Source: an uncultured Gammaproteobacteria bacterium | GTDB taxonomy: Bacteria > Pseudomonadota > Gammaproteobacteria > UBA9214 | Assembly: GCA_963773065.1 (NCBI GenBank) | Contig: CAVYZN010000021.1 | Coordinates: 9,110-73,109 of the forward strand | Length of the DNA stretch: 64,000 nt | Direction of reading: 5' to 3' | In this document: positions 20,237 to 31,564 of the stretch, in pieces | How positions within the stretch are numbered: the first letter of the stretch is position 1 | How the letters are laid out: every line of letters begins with the position of its first letter | Notes under the pieces: model-generated | Seen by the model: only the letters and a program-made list of their open reading frames with translations | The model's database searches: none | Told to the model about the DNA's origin: nothing | Position numbers and translations under genes: made by a program

Positions 20237-22837
20237 ATGACCGAGTTCGCGAAAGAAATTCTTACCGTCAATCTCGAAGACGAGATGAAGCAGTCCTATC
20301 TCGATTACGCCATGAGCGTGATCGTAGGGCGCGCCTTGCCGGATGTGCGTGATGGTCTCAAGCCGGTACACCGGCGGGCCCTCTACGCCATGTATGAGCA
20401 GAACAACGACTGGAACAAGCCGTACAAGAAGTCGGCGCGTCTGGTCGGCGACATTATGGGTAAGTACCACCCGCACGGTGATAGCGCCATCTACGACACC
20501 ATCGTGCGCATGGCCCAACCCTTCTCCCTGCGCTACATGCTGGTGGACGGCCAGGGCAATTTCGGTTCCGTCGACGGCGATGCCCCGGCGGCGATGCGTT
20601 ATACCGAGATCCGCATGGCCCGCATCGCGCATGAACTGCTGGCGGACATCGACAAGGAGACGGTCAATTTCGTTCCCAACTACGACGAGAACGAGAAAGA
20701 ACCCACTGTCCTGCCGACCAAGGTCCCCAACCTGCTGATCAACGGTTCGGCCGGTATCGCCGTGGGCATGGCGACCAATATCCCGCCGCACAATCTGACG
20801 GAAATCATCAACGCCTGCCTGGCCCTGATTGAAAACCCGGCTATCGACGTCGCCGGGCTGATGCAGCACGTGCCGGGGCCGGACTTCCCCACGGCCGCCA
20901 TCATCAACGGCGTGCGCGGCATCCATGAGGCCTATCACACCGGGCGTGGCCGCATCTACATACGGGCGCGCAACCACATCGAGGGTGACGAGTACAAGGG
21001 GCGCCAGTCGATCGTCTTTACCGAACTGCCCTACCAGGTCAACAAGGCGCGCCTGCTGGAGAAGATCGCCGAACTGGTCAAGGACAAGAAGGTCGATGGC
21101 ATCTCGGGCCTGCGGGATGAGTCGGACAAGGATGGCATGCGCATGGTCATCGACCTCAAGCGGGGCGAGGTCGCCGAGGTCGTGCTGAACAATCTCTACC
21201 AGCACACGCAACTGCAGAGCGTGTTCGGCATCAACATGGTTGCCCTGGTCGATGGCCGGCCGCGATTGCTGAATCTGAAGGAGTGCCTGGAGGCTTTCAT
21301 CCGTCACCGCCGCGATGTGGTGACGCGGCGCACGGTCTTCGAGCTGCGCAAGGCGCGCCAGCGCGCGCACGTGTTGGAAGGACTGGCGGTGGCGCTGGCC
21401 AATATCGACGCCGTGATTGCCCTCATCAAGGGTTCCGCGAACCGCGTCGCGGCACGGCAGGCATTGATGGAGAGGATTTGGGAGCCGGGCATCGTGACGG
21501 CCATGGTTGAGCGTGCCGGGGCGAATGCCTCGCGTCCGGATGACCTGGGGGATCAATATGGTCTGATCGAGGACGGGTACCGGCTTTCCGATGCCCAGAC
21601 ACAGGCCATCCTGGATCTGCGCCTGCACCAGTTGACCGGCCTCGAGCAGGATAAAATCGTCGGTGAATACCAGGAATTGCTGGCAGAGATACAGAAACTG
21701 CTGGCTATCCTCAGCAAGCCGGAGCGGCTGATGGAGGTTATCCGCGGGGAACTGACGGGATTGCGTGAGCAGTTCGGCGATGCGCGTCGAACCGAAATCC
21801 TGACGGATCATCGGGATCTTACGCTCGAGGATCTGATCACCGAGGAGGATGTCGTCGTCACCCTCTCGCATGCCGGTTATGCAAAGTCGCAGCCATTGAG
21901 CGATTACCGCGCCCAGCGCCGCGGCGGCCGCGGCAAGAGCGCGACCGATATCCGGGAAGAGGACTTCATCGACAAGCTGTTTATCGCCAGCACGCATGAC
22001 ACCATCCTGTGTTTCTCGAGTCGCGGCAAGGTGTACTGGCTCAAGGTATACGAGTTGCCGCAGGCGGGGCGCGGCGCGCGCGGCAAACCCATCGTGAACC
22101 TGCTGCCGCTCGAGGCCGGTGAACGGATCAACGCCATCCTGCCGATCCGTGAGTTCACGCAGGATCATTACATCTTCATGGCCACGGCCCTGGGCACGGT
22201 AAAAAAGACCGCGTTGCCGGAATTCTCCCGGCAACGCACGAGCGGCATCATCGCCGTAGGCTTGAATGAAGGTGATTACCTCGTCAATGTCGCGATTACC
22301 GACGGCTCACGTGACATTATGCTGTTCAGTGATGCCGGCAAGGTGACCCGTTTCGCCGAGAAGGATGTCCGGCCCATGGGGCGGACCGCCTGCGGCGTGC
22401 GCGGCATCCGGCTGGGGCCGGGACAGCGCGTGATCTCCATGATCATCGCCGGCGAGAGTCCGGTACTGACCGTGACCGGAAACGGCTACGGCAAGCGCAC
22501 GCTGGCCGACGACTATCCGGTGTATGGCCGCGGCGGCCAGGGGGTGATCGCGATCCAGGTCAACGAACGCAATGGCCCGGTGGTCGGCGCCGTACCCGCC
22601 GATGACGCCGATGAAGTCATGCTGATCAGCAGCGGCGGTACGCTGGTGCGCATGCGGGTGAATGAGATTTCCATCATGGGCAGGAATACCCAGGGTGTGC
22701 GTCTGATTTCCCTGACGGACGGGGAAACGCTGGTTGGCATCGAGCGCATCGTCGAAGAGCGGGTCGAGACGCAAGACACGGATGATGTCGCGGATGATGT
22801 CGCGGATGACGCCGCGGATAACACCGCGGGTGAATAG
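20237..22837 (+). CDS. gyrA: DNA gyrase subunit A
   Basis: [18 protein letters not shown], GyrA box QRRGGRG, acidic tail. Confidence 0.98.
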   Translation: MTEFAKEILTVNLEDEMKQSYLDYAMSVIVGRALPDVRDGLKPVHRRALYAMYEQNNDWNKPYKKSARLVGDIMGKYHPHGDSAIYDTIVRMAQPFSLRYMLVDGQGNFGSVDGDAPAAMRYTEIRMARIAHELLADIDKETVNFVPNYDENEKEPTVLPTKVPNLLINGSAGIAVGMATNIPPHNLTEIINACLALIENPAIDVAGLMQHVPGPDFPTAAIINGVRGIHEAYHTGRGRIYIRARNHIEGDEYKGRQSIVFTELPYQVNKARLLEKIAELVKDKKVDGISGLRDESDKDGMRMVIDLKRGEVAEVVLNNLYQHTQLQSVFGINMVALVDGRPRLLNLKECLEAFIRHRRDVVTRRTVFELRKARQRAHVLEGLAVALANIDAVIALIKGSANRVAARQALMERIWEPGIVTAMVERAGANASRPDDLGDQYGLIEDGYRLSDAQTQAILDLRLHQLTGLEQDKIVGEYQELLAEIQKLLAILSKPERLMEVIRGELTGLREQFGDARRTEILTDHRDLTLEDLITEEDVVVTLSHAGYAKSQPLSDYRAQRRGGRGKSATDIREEDFIDKLFIASTHDTILCFSSRGKVYWLKVYELPQAGRGARGKPIVNLLPLEAGERINAILPIREFTQDHYIFMATALGTVKKTALPEFSRQRTSGIIAVGLNEGDYLVNVAITDGSRDIMLFSDAGKVTRFAEKDVRPMGRTACGVRGIRLGPGQRVISMIIAGESPVLTVTGNGYGKRTLADDYPVYGRGGQGVIAIQVNERNGPVVGAVPADDADEVMLISSGGTLVRMRVNEISIMGRNTQGVRLISLTDGETLVGIERIVEERVETQDTDDVADDVADDAADNTAGE

Positions 22838-22897
22838 GCCGGTAGCGGAATCACCCCGGTATGACAGGTTCAAAAACACTATCTGGTGAGGTTGTGA

Positions 22898-23980
22898 ATG
22901 GCTGATATCTACAATTTCAGCGCCGGGCCGGCGGTTCTGCCGCAACCGGTGCTGGCGCGCGCGCGCGATGAACTCCTCGACTGGCATGGTTCGGGGATGT
23001 CGGTGATGGAGATGAGCCACCGGGGCAAGGAGTTCGTCTCGATAGCGGAATTGGCCGAGGCGGATCTGCGCGAGCTGCTGGGGATTTCATCCGACTATCA
23101 CGTGCTGTTCCTGCAGGGCGGCGCCACCAGCCAGTTTGCCATGGTGCCCATGAACCTGCTGCGCGGGCGCCAGAAGGCTGACTATGTCAACACCGGCGCC
23201 TGGTCCAAAAAGGCGATCAGCGAGGCCAGACGCTATTGCCTGGTGAATGTGGCGGCATCCTCCGAAGCCGCCCGGTTCACCACGATTCCGGCGCAGGACA
23301 CCTGGAATCTGGACCCGGCGGCCGCCTATGTCCACTACACCCCCAATGAGACCATTGGCGGTGTGGAGTTCGACTGGATACCCGCCACCGGGGATGTGCC
23401 GCTGGTTGCCGATATGTCATCGACGCTCCTGTCCCGGCCCGTGGATGTTTCAAGGTTCGGCCTGATCTATGCCGGTGCGCAGAAGAATATCGGCCCGGCC
23501 GGCCTGACGGTGGTCATCGTTCGCAAGGACCTGGTCGGCACCACCCTCGCCAGCGCTCCCTCGATGTTCGACTACAAGGCCCATGCGGACAACGGCTCCA
23601 TGCTCAATACCCCGCCGACCTTTGGCTGGTATCTGGCCGGTCTCGTGTTCCAGTGGCTCAAGGAGCAGGGGGGGCTCAAGGCCATGGCGGTCATCAATCA
23701 ACGCAAGGCCGGCAAGCTCTATGCGGCCATCGACGCCAGCGGCTTTTATCATTGCCCCGTCGATGTCCGTTGCCGTTCCTGGATGAATGTGCCGTTCACG
23801 CTAGCCGATGACGCGCTCGACGGCGATTTTCTCGCCGAGGCAAAAGCGGCCGGGCTGCTCAGTCTCAAGGGACACCGGTCCGTCGGCGGTATGCGCGCCA
23901 GTCTGTATAACGCCATGCCGGAGGCGGGCGTCAGCGCGCTGATCGGGTTCATGCAGGAATTCGAACGCACCCGCGGGTGA
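22898..23980 (+). CDS. serC: Phosphoserine aminotransferase
   Basis: YNFSAGPA, EMSHR, GAQKNIGP, GHRSVGGMRAS. Confidence 0.97.
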   Translation: MADIYNFSAGPAVLPQPVLARARDELLDWHGSGMSVMEMSHRGKEFVSIAELAEADLRELLGISSDYHVLFLQGGATSQFAMVPMNLLRGRQKADYVNTGAWSKKAISEARRYCLVNVAASSEAARFTTIPAQDTWNLDPAAAYVHYTPNETIGGVEFDWIPATGDVPLVADMSSTLLSRPVDVSRFGLIYAGAQKNIGPAGLTVVIVRKDLVGTTLASAPSMFDYKAHADNGSMLNTPPTFGWYLAGLVFQWLKEQGGLKAMAVINQRKAGKLYAAIDASGFYHCPVDVRCRSWMNVPFTLADDALDGDFLAEAKAAGLLSLKGHRSVGGMRASLYNAMPEAGVSALIGFMQEFERTRG

Positions 23981-24041
23981 GGCAAGCTTGAGCGCGCCAC
24001 CCGCTAACTCACCAGGCTTATCGATCAACGGCAGCAGGCGT

Positions 24042-25205
24042 ATGCACAAGATCCTGACACTGAACAATATCTCTCCGAGCGGACTGGAACACATGCCACG
24101 GGAGAGCTACGAGATTGCCTCCGAAATACAGCATCCCGATGCGATCCTGTTGCGTTCCTTCAACATGCATGAAATGGATGTCGCGCCGACGGTGAAGGCC
24201 ATCGGACGCGCCGGCGCCGGCGTCAACAATATTCCCGTCGACCGGATGAGCAAGGCCGGCATACCGGTGTTCAACGCCCCGGGAGCGAATGCCAACGCGG
24301 TCAAGGAACTGGTGATTGCCGGCATGCTGATGGGCGCGCGCAACCTGTGCCAGGGCTGGCTGTTTGCCCGAAACCTGGAAGGCGATGATGCTGAAATACA
24401 CCGCCAAGTCGAGGCCGGCAAGAAGCGGTTTGTCGGTTTTGAACTGCCGGGCAAGACACTGGGGGTGGTCGGGCTGGGCGCCATCGGTGTCCAGGTGGCC
24501 AATGGCGCGCTCTCGCTCGGCATGAATGTCATCGGCCTGGATCCGGGGATCACGGTCCAGCGCGCCTGGGAAGTGTCGTCGCAGGTACGCAAGGCGGCCA
24601 GCATCGAGGAGGTGCTGATCAATTCGGATTTCGTGACCTTCCATGTGCCGCTGGTCGATGCCACCCGCAGGATGATCAACGAGGACAGGCTGAAACTGGT
24701 CAGGAACAACGCCGTCATTCTCAATTTCTCGCGCCACGGCGTGGTCGATGACGCCGCCGTGGTGGCGGCGATCAATGCGGGCAAGGTGTATGCCTATGTG
24801 TGCGATTTTCCCGACAACTTGCTGAAGAACCATCCCCGCGTGATTGTCCTGCCCCACCTCGGGGCTTCCACACGGGAGGCCGAGGAGAACTGCGCCGTGA
24901 TGGTCGTCGAACAGGTCAGGGATTTCCTCGAAAACGGCAACATCCGCAATTCGGTCAACTTCCCGGAATTGTTCATGCCGCGCAATGGCGCATTCCGGGT
25001 GGCGATTGCCAATGAGAATGTGCCGAACATGCTCGGCCAGATCTCGACCTGCATGGCCGATGCCGGCCTGAACATACTCGACATGCTCAACAAGTCGCGC
25101 GGTGAACTGGCCTATACGCTGGTTGATGTGGATACTCCGCTGCCACCGGAATGCCTCAGTCGCATCGCGGCCATCAAGGGCGTGCTCAACGTGAGAACCC
25201 TGTGA
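24042..25205 (+). CDS. serA: D-3-phosphoglycerate dehydrogenase with ACT domain
   Basis: RAGAGVNNIP, GLGAIG, PHLGAST, C-terminal ACT; follows serC. Confidence 0.88.
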   Translation: MHKILTLNNISPSGLEHMPRESYEIASEIQHPDAILLRSFNMHEMDVAPTVKAIGRAGAGVNNIPVDRMSKAGIPVFNAPGANANAVKELVIAGMLMGARNLCQGWLFARNLEGDDAEIHRQVEAGKKRFVGFELPGKTLGVVGLGAIGVQVANGALSLGMNVIGLDPGITVQRAWEVSSQVRKAASIEEVLINSDFVTFHVPLVDATRRMINEDRLKLVRNNAVILNFSRHGVVDDAAVVAAINAGKVYAYVCDFPDNLLKNHPRVIVLPHLGASTREAEENCAVMVVEQVRDFLENGNIRNSVNFPELFMPRNGAFRVAIANENVPNMLGQISTCMADAGLNILDMLNKSRGELAYTLVDVDTPLPPECLSRIAAIKGVLNVRTL

Positions 25206-25285
25206 CCGGTCGCGTCCCTGTACACGCCGGTCAGGGAACCGCGCTCACCCTCGTCAGGGACCGGCTTTTTCCCCGTTGCTGAAAC

Positions 25286-26371
25286 ATGTCGACCGACCAG
25301 AGACTCGAAGCCTTGCGCCACCGCATCGATGCCCTGGATGAACAGATCCAGCGGTTTATCACCGAGCGCGCCGAATGCGCCAAGGAAGTCGCGGAGGTGA
25401 AGTCAGAGCAGGGCGGAAATACGGATTTCTACCGCCCGGAGAGGGAGGCCGGAATACTGCGGCGCGTCAGCGAAAGGAATACCGGCCCGCTTCCCGCCGA
25501 GGAAATGGTACGCCTGTTCCGGGAAATCATGTCGGCCTGCCTGGCGCTGGAAAAACCCCTGTCGATCGCCTTCCTCGGACCGGAAGGAACCTTCACCCAG
25601 GCCGCGGCCCTGAAACACTTCGGCCACTCCGTGAAGACCTTGGCGCTGGATGGCATAGACGATGTCTTCAGGGAGGTGGAGGCCGGCGCCGCCGATTACG
25701 GCGTGGTGCCGGTCGAGAATTCAACCGAAGGTGTCATCAACCATACCCTGGATATGTTCCAGCGCTCGCCACTTAGCATCTGCGGGGAAGTCGAATTGCG
25801 CATCCATCATCACCTGCTGGCCGCTGACGCGGACCGCAACAAGGTCAAGCGCGTGCTCGCTCACCAGCAGGCGCTGGCGCAATGCCGCGGCTGGCTCGAT
25901 GCCAACCTGTCGCAGGCCGAGCGCATTGCGGTTGCCAGCAATGCCGAAGCCGCGCGCTTGGTCCGGGATCAGCCAGGCAGCGCCGCCATCGCCGGAGAGA
26001 TGGCCGCCGAGTTGTACGATGTCGTTATCGTGGCCCGCAATATCGAGGATCAGCCGGACAATACCACCCGGTTTCTCATCATCGGTCACCAGCATGCCTT
26101 GCCCAGCGGACTCGACAAGACCTCGATACTAGTTTCCGTGCAAAACCAGCCGGGCGCGCTGTACAGCCTGCTTCAGCCAATCGCCCGGAATGGCATCAGC
26201 ATGAGCCGTATCGAATCGCGTCCGTCCCGCCAGGGTATGTGGCAATATGTCTTCTACATCGATCTGGAGGGACACCACAATGATGCGTCTGTGGCGGCGG
26301 CATTGGACGAGCTGAAGAAGAAGGCATCTGTCGTCCGGGTGCTCGGCTCCTATCCCAGGGCCGTACTGTAG
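25286..26371 (+). CDS. pheA: Chorismate mutase/prephenate dehydratase
   Basis: FYRPERE, LGPEGTFT, PVENSTEG, NTTRF, IESRPS. Confidence 0.96.
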   Translation: MSTDQRLEALRHRIDALDEQIQRFITERAECAKEVAEVKSEQGGNTDFYRPEREAGILRRVSERNTGPLPAEEMVRLFREIMSACLALEKPLSIAFLGPEGTFTQAAALKHFGHSVKTLALDGIDDVFREVEAGAADYGVVPVENSTEGVINHTLDMFQRSPLSICGEVELRIHHHLLAADADRNKVKRVLAHQQALAQCRGWLDANLSQAERIAVASNAEAARLVRDQPGSAAIAGEMAAELYDVVIVARNIEDQPDNTTRFLIIGHQHALPSGLDKTSILVSVQNQPGALYSLLQPIARNGISMSRIESRPSRQGMWQYVFYIDLEGHHNDASVAAALDELKKKASVVRVLGSYPRAVL

Positions 26372-26383
26372 CCCGCGGGCTAG

Positions 26384-28133
26384 CCCGCATCCGTCACCGA
26401 TTCAGCGAATGGGTGGGACGCGGGTTGATCTTCGACGATGGTGAGGGGCTGAAGCGCGCAGTGGACGCTGTTTCGGAGTGAGCGTGAACCATTTTCTCAA
26501 CCCCTGCGAAGGATCGTCGTCCTTGGCAGGGGTTTTTGGTGTTTGGCCAGTCTCAGGACGTGGCTTGCCCTCAGCGCGTGCTGATCAGATCGACGCTGCG
26601 CTCAGCGAGGTTTGGTGGGTCTATCCAGAGGCCGCCCACAGGGGATGGCAACGCAGATTCGCCAGGATCTGCGCAAAGGCATTCGCATACGGATACGCTT
26701 CAGAGAACGACAACCAGAGCTTGCGCACCGTGATTTTCAGGCGAGCACCGATCTTCAGCAGCTTCAGCCGGATCGTGGTCGACTGCGCGCGAGCGAGCTC
26801 GGTGCCTTGCAACCCGAGCCGACGCAGACCGTGCATCAGCACATAGGCAAACGATGCAAAATACAGCCGCAGCTGATTCGCCCGCAGCGTCGCGGCACTG
26901 GTGCGGTCGGCGAACAGCCCCAACTGCTGCTCCTTGATCCGGTTCTCCATTTCCCCGCGCGCGCAGTAGAGCTGCTCGTACAGGCGCTGGGCGCCAGCGC
27001 GCTGGACCGGCAGATTCGTTACCACGAAGCGCGGATTGGTACCCTTGGGCAGATACTCGGCCTTGCCGATCACCCGCCGCCGGCGCGACCAGGATTTGCG
27101 CGTGCGATAGCGGAAGTCGCGGTAGCGGCGCGCGGGCTCGCCGTGCGCTGATACGCGGCACGGGCCTCTCGCATCTGCCCGCCACGGCCCGCACCAGCCG
27201 CGCATTGCGCGCTAAGCCCACGACATAGCCGATCGCGTGCTGCTCACACCAGCGCAGGATCGACTCGCGGCAGAACCCCGCGTCGCCGCGGATGATGATG
27301 CGTGTCTTCGGCCAATGGCGACGGATCTGCGCCACGATCCGGCTCAACTCTTCCACGCTGCCGGCTGCGGCATCGATGTTCGATGGACGCAACCGGGCGC
27401 ACAGCAGGTGCTCGCGCAGAAGATATACAGCGGTAGGTAACAATAGCCGCCGTAGTACCCGTGGAAGAACCGCCCTTCCTGGTGACCGTGCAGCGGATCA
27501 TCGGTGGCATCCAGGTCCAGCCAGATCTCCCGGGCGGCTTCGCATGCGACTCGATGAACACATCGACCAGCAGGCGGTCCAGGGCTTCGGGATCGGCGGC
27601 AATCTTTTGGTAACGGTGCGTGGCGGCGTTCTGCGGCGTACTCAACTCCAGACGGTTGAGCGTGCTCGAACCGGCCAGCGGATAACCCCGGTCGCGCTCG
27701 CGCACCGCGACTCACCGACCAGATCGGACTTGCCGACCAACAGCGCCAGTAGACTGTCCGCGCGCAGCGCATCGTGATCGTTGAGGTCCTCGTAGCCCAA
27801 GGCCAGGCCGTAGACGCGCTGGGCAAGCAGTTTCTGAACATGGTGTTCGACACTCTCCGGATGGCGGTAATCCACAAAGCAGTCGGCCAACCGCCCCATC
27901 AGACCGATGCGCAGGTCCACCTCGCGCAGCAGCACGCCGCCACCATCCGAGGTGATCCGGCCACCATCGAAACGGCCGATCACCTCACGACGGCCAAGGG
28001 CAAGAAATTCCAGTTGCTCTGCAGTACACTCTGTCTTCATAAGGCTGTTTCTCTCCGCGGCAATAATTACTTGATCCCACAAGCGTTATGCCATGAAAAA
28101 CAGCCTTTTTCTATCTTTGGTGAGAAATGCGGG
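26384..28133 (-). mobile_element. IS1380-family insertion sequence
   Basis: TIRs CCCGCATCCGTCACC / CCCGCATTTCTCACC; CTAG duplication at 26380-26383 and 28134-28137. Confidence 0.9.
26621..28040 (-). pseudogene. IS1380 DDE transposase, multiply frameshifted as assembled
   Basis: FDGGRITSDGG, GYEDLNDHD, LDLDATDDPLHGHQEG, RGDAGF, RGEMENRIKE in different frames. Confidence 0.85.
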
Positions 28134-28195
28134 CTAGCCCGTGTGAGCACGCGTCGAGTCGCAACGGCATTTCCCCGCCAGGATGATACTGACGT

Positions 28196-29308
28196 ATGCA
28201 TTGTGAAGAACTGGCGGTAGCGGGCGTACGTGCGTTACAGCCCTATCAGCCGGGCATGCCAATAGCCGAACTGGAACGCCGATACGGGGTTCGCAACGCC
28301 GTCAAACTGGCTTCCAACGAGAACCCGCTGGGGCCGAGCCCGCTGGCCATCGCGGCCGCGCATGGGGCGCTTGCGGACAGCGCGCGCTACCCCGAGGGCG
28401 GCGGCCACCACCTGAGAGCACGACTTGCCGCACGGCACTGCGTCGCCCCGGCAGCCATCACCCTGGGTAACGGTTCGAACGATGTGCTTGACATCATCGC
28501 TCGCGTCTTCCTCGGTCCGGGTGTCGAGGCGGTCTATTCGCGGCATGCCTTCGCCGTCTACCCGATTGCCGTGCAGGCGGTCGGGGCCACGGCCCGGGTC
28601 GCCCTCGCGCATGACGGCAGCCGTGGTCCCGCCTTCGGCCACGATCTCGCGGCCATGCGGACACTGGTCGGATCGGACACCCGTGTCGTGTTCATCGCCA
28701 ACCCCAACAACCCGACCGGTACCTGGCTCGATGAAACGGAGCTGCAGGCATTCGTAACCGGTCTGCCGGATCATGTCATCGTCGTCATCGATGAGGCCTA
28801 CTTCGAATATGTGGAAGAAGCGCGTTACCCCGACGCGACTCGTTGGCTCAGCGCATGCCCCAACCTGATCGTGACGCGGACCTTCTCCAAGGCCTATGGA
28901 CTCGCCGGCCTGCGCGCCGGATATGCCGTGTCACGCCCTGAGATCGCGCAACTGCTTAACCGCGTCCGGCAGCCCTTCAACGTCAATAGCGTCGCCCAAG
29001 CGGCGGCGCTGGCGGCGTTGGATGATGCGGCGCACCTGGAAAAAAGCATCCGCCTCAACCGGGAAGGCATGCGACAACTGGTGTTCGGTCTCAAGCGGCT
29101 GGGTTTGTCCCATAGCGAGTCGGTGGCTAATTTCGTCGTGGTGGATACCGGCGGCCCGGCGGCGGAACTCTATGAGCGATTATTGAGGCATGGCGTGATA
29201 GTGCGCCCGATTGCCAACTACGGCATGCCTAACCACCTGCGGGTGAGCGTCGGCCTGCCCGAGGAGAATGCGCGTTTTCTGAACATACTGGAACAGGTGC
29301 TGGCTTGA
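28196..29308 (+). CDS. hisC: Histidinol-phosphate/aromatic aminotransferase
   Basis: KLASNENPLG, NPNNPTG, DEAY, RTFSKAYGLAGLR. Confidence 0.95.
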   Translation: MHCEELAVAGVRALQPYQPGMPIAELERRYGVRNAVKLASNENPLGPSPLAIAAAHGALADSARYPEGGGHHLRARLAARHCVAPAAITLGNGSNDVLDIIARVFLGPGVEAVYSRHAFAVYPIAVQAVGATARVALAHDGSRGPAFGHDLAAMRTLVGSDTRVVFIANPNNPTGTWLDETELQAFVTGLPDHVIVVIDEAYFEYVEEARYPDATRWLSACPNLIVTRTFSKAYGLAGLRAGYAVSRPEIAQLLNRVRQPFNVNSVAQAAALAALDDAAHLEKSIRLNREGMRQLVFGLKRLGLSHSESVANFVVVDTGGPAAELYERLLRHGVIVRPIANYGMPNHLRVSVGLPEENARFLNILEQVLA

Positions 29309-30165
29309 TCAAACGTTTGTGCATCATCGGTGTGGGGCTGATCGGCGGTTCGCTCGCGCGCGCGTTGCGGGAGGTGGGTTTCTGCCGGGAAGTGGTCGGC
29401 GCCGGGCGCAATCCGGCGCATTTGCAGCAGGCGGTCGATTTGCATGTCATCGACCGTTTCGAGACCGATCCGGCGCAGGCCGTCGCGGGCGCTGACATGG
29501 TGCTGGCAGCGGTCCCGCTGGGCGCGATGGAAGGCGTTTTCAAGGCCATACGCGGCCACCTCGCCGAAGGTGCCGTGCTGACGGACGCGGGCAGCGCCAA
29601 GCGCAGCGTCATCGAAGCGGCCCGCCAGGCATTCGGCCGCGTGCCGGATTTTTTCGTTCCGGGGCATCCCATTGCCGGCACCGAGAACAGCGGTGTCGCG
29701 GCGTCATTATCCAATCTGTATAGGAATCGCCGCGTCATCCTCACGCCCCTGGCGAATACCGACCGGGCGGCCGCGTCACGTGTGCAGGCCATGTGGGAGG
29801 CGGCCGGCGCCCATGTCATCGAGATGGAACCGGCGCATCATGATGCCGTGCTGGCGGCTACCAGCCACTTGCCCCATGTGCTGGCGTTTGCGCTGGTGGA
29901 CAGCCTAGCGCGCCTGGGTGAGCGTGAGGAAATATTCGCCTATGCGGCCGGCGGCTTCCGCGACTTCACCCGTATCGCCTCGAGCGACCCCGTCATGTGG
30001 CGCGATATCTGTCTGGCCAATGGCGACGCCATCGGGCGGATAATCGATCGGTTTATCCATGACCTCGGAGCGATCGGCAAGGCCGTGCATGAACACGACG
30101 GAGTACGCCTGCTGGAAATCTTCACCTCCGCCAAGCAGGCGCGCGACCGTTTCATCGATAAATAA
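29305..30165 (+). CDS. tyrA: Prephenate/cyclohexadienyl dehydrogenase
   Basis: GVGLIGGS, HPIAGTE, SHLPH, GFRDFTRIA. Confidence 0.92.
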   Translation: MIKRLCIIGVGLIGGSLARALREVGFCREVVGAGRNPAHLQQAVDLHVIDRFETDPAQAVAGADMVLAAVPLGAMEGVFKAIRGHLAEGAVLTDAGSAKRSVIEAARQAFGRVPDFFVPGHPIAGTENSGVAASLSNLYRNRRVILTPLANTDRAAASRVQAMWEAAGAHVIEMEPAHHDAVLAATSHLPHVLAFALVDSLARLGEREEIFAYAAGGFRDFTRIASSDPVMWRDICLANGDAIGRIIDRFIHDLGAIGKAVHEHDGVRLLEIFTSAKQARDRFIDK

Positions 30166-30182
30166 TCGTTGGCAGTATCCCC

Positions 30183-31511
30183 ATGACTGACAACAGCGCT
30201 ACGCGGCTCATCCTCAGCCCCGGTGGGAGGCTCACTGGACGGATACGCGTGCCGGGTGATAAATCGATTTCTCACCGCGCGATCATGCTGGGTTCACTGG
30301 CGGAAGGGGCTACCGAGGTGTCCGGTTTTCTCGAAGGCGAGGACAGTCTGGCGACGCTGGCTGCCTTCAGATCGATGGGGGTGCCCATCGAAGGACCCGA
30401 CCGGGGGCGGGTCAGCATCCAGGGCGTCGGCCTGCATGGCCTTAAGGCGCCCCGGCACGAACTTTATCTGGGGAATTCCGGCACCTCCATGCGCCTGATG
30501 GCCGGATTGCTGGCCGGCCAGGCTTTCGACGCCACGCTGACCGGAGATGCCTCGCTCTCGGGCCGGCCCATGAAACGGGTGGTCGACCCGCTCACCCGCA
30601 TGGGAGCGCGCATCACCACGACGGCGGCGGGCACGGCACCGCTGGTCATCAGGGGAGGTCAGCCGTTGCGGGGGATAGACTACGCCATGCCGATGGCAAG
30701 CGCGCAGGTCAAATCCTGCCTCCTGCTGGCCGGGTTATATGCCAACGGCAGGACCTGCGTAACGGAGCCGGCACCGACCCGTGACCACACGGAACGCATG
30801 CTGGGCGGCATGGGGTATCCAGTATGGCTTGAAGCCGGGCGGGTTTGCCTCGAAGGCGGACATGCCTTGCGGGGCATCTCCATTGATATACCAGCGGATA
30901 TTTCCTCGGCGGCTTTTTTCCTGGTGGGGGCAACCCTGGCGCCCGGTTCCGACCTGATCCTCGAGCATGTCGGCATGAACCCGACACGCACTGGCGTGCT
31001 CGATATCCTCACGCGCATGGGGGCATCGATCCGGATTACCAACCGGCGCGATGTCGGGGGTGAACCGGTCGCTGATCTGCATGTCCGCCCGGCGCCGCTG
31101 CACGGTATCGATATCCCGCCCGATCTGGTGCCGTTGGCCATCGATGAATTTCCGGCGTTGTTCGTGGCGGCAGCCTGTGCCAGCGGGCGCACCGTGTTGA
31201 CCGGGGCCGAGGAATTGCGTGTCAAGGAGAGTGACCGTATCCAGGTGATGGCAGACGGGTTGGCGGCGCTGGGCATCAGCGCCACGGCAACCCCCGACGG
31301 CATGATCATCGAGGGAGGCAAGCTCGGGGCGGGCAGCATCGACAGTCACGGCGATCATCGCATCGCCATGGCTTTCGCCATGGCGGCGTTACGCGCGGCG
31401 GGTAGGATTGAAATCCTCGATTGCGATAATGTGAACACCTCCTTCCCCGGTTTCGTGGAACTGGCCGGCGCACATGGGTTGCGGATCGGACCGGCCGGCA
31501 TTGACGAGTGA
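30183..31511 (+). CDS. aroA: EPSP synthase (class II)
   Basis: PGDKSISHR, GNSGT, SAQVKS, KESDRI, DHRIAM. Confidence 0.97.
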   Translation: MTDNSATRLILSPGGRLTGRIRVPGDKSISHRAIMLGSLAEGATEVSGFLEGEDSLATLAAFRSMGVPIEGPDRGRVSIQGVGLHGLKAPRHELYLGNSGTSMRLMAGLLAGQAFDATLTGDASLSGRPMKRVVDPLTRMGARITTTAAGTAPLVIRGGQPLRGIDYAMPMASAQVKSCLLLAGLYANGRTCVTEPAPTRDHTERMLGGMGYPVWLEAGRVCLEGGHALRGISIDIPADISSAAFFLVGATLAPGSDLILEHVGMNPTRTGVLDILTRMGASIRITNRRDVGGEPVADLHVRPAPLHGIDIPPDLVPLAIDEFPALFVAAACASGRTVLTGAEELRVKESDRIQVMADGLAALGISATATPDGMIIEGGKLGAGSIDSHGDHRIAMAFAMAALRAAGRIEILDCDNVNTSFPGFVELAGAHGLRIGPAGIDE

Positions 31512-31564
31512 CTCCGGCGCGGCATCGGCTTGCCTCTGACGCCGGAAAGTGAAAATAATCCCTG

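Noticed and set aside
20465-20500. Quinolone-resistance substitutions in GyrA
   Set aside because: HGDSAIYD retains the Ser83 and Asp87 equivalents
20141-22234. 697-aa minus-strand ORF (also 8814-10319, 55498-56754, 58736-59902 and similar)
   Set aside because: Antisense shadows of well-supported genes in high-GC DNA; no recognisable motifs
22782-22829. 12-bp tandem repeat at the gyrA 3' end, and a 17-bp direct repeat in the scpB 5' end (3801/3846)
   Set aside because: Encode ordinary low-complexity acidic or Pro-rich tails
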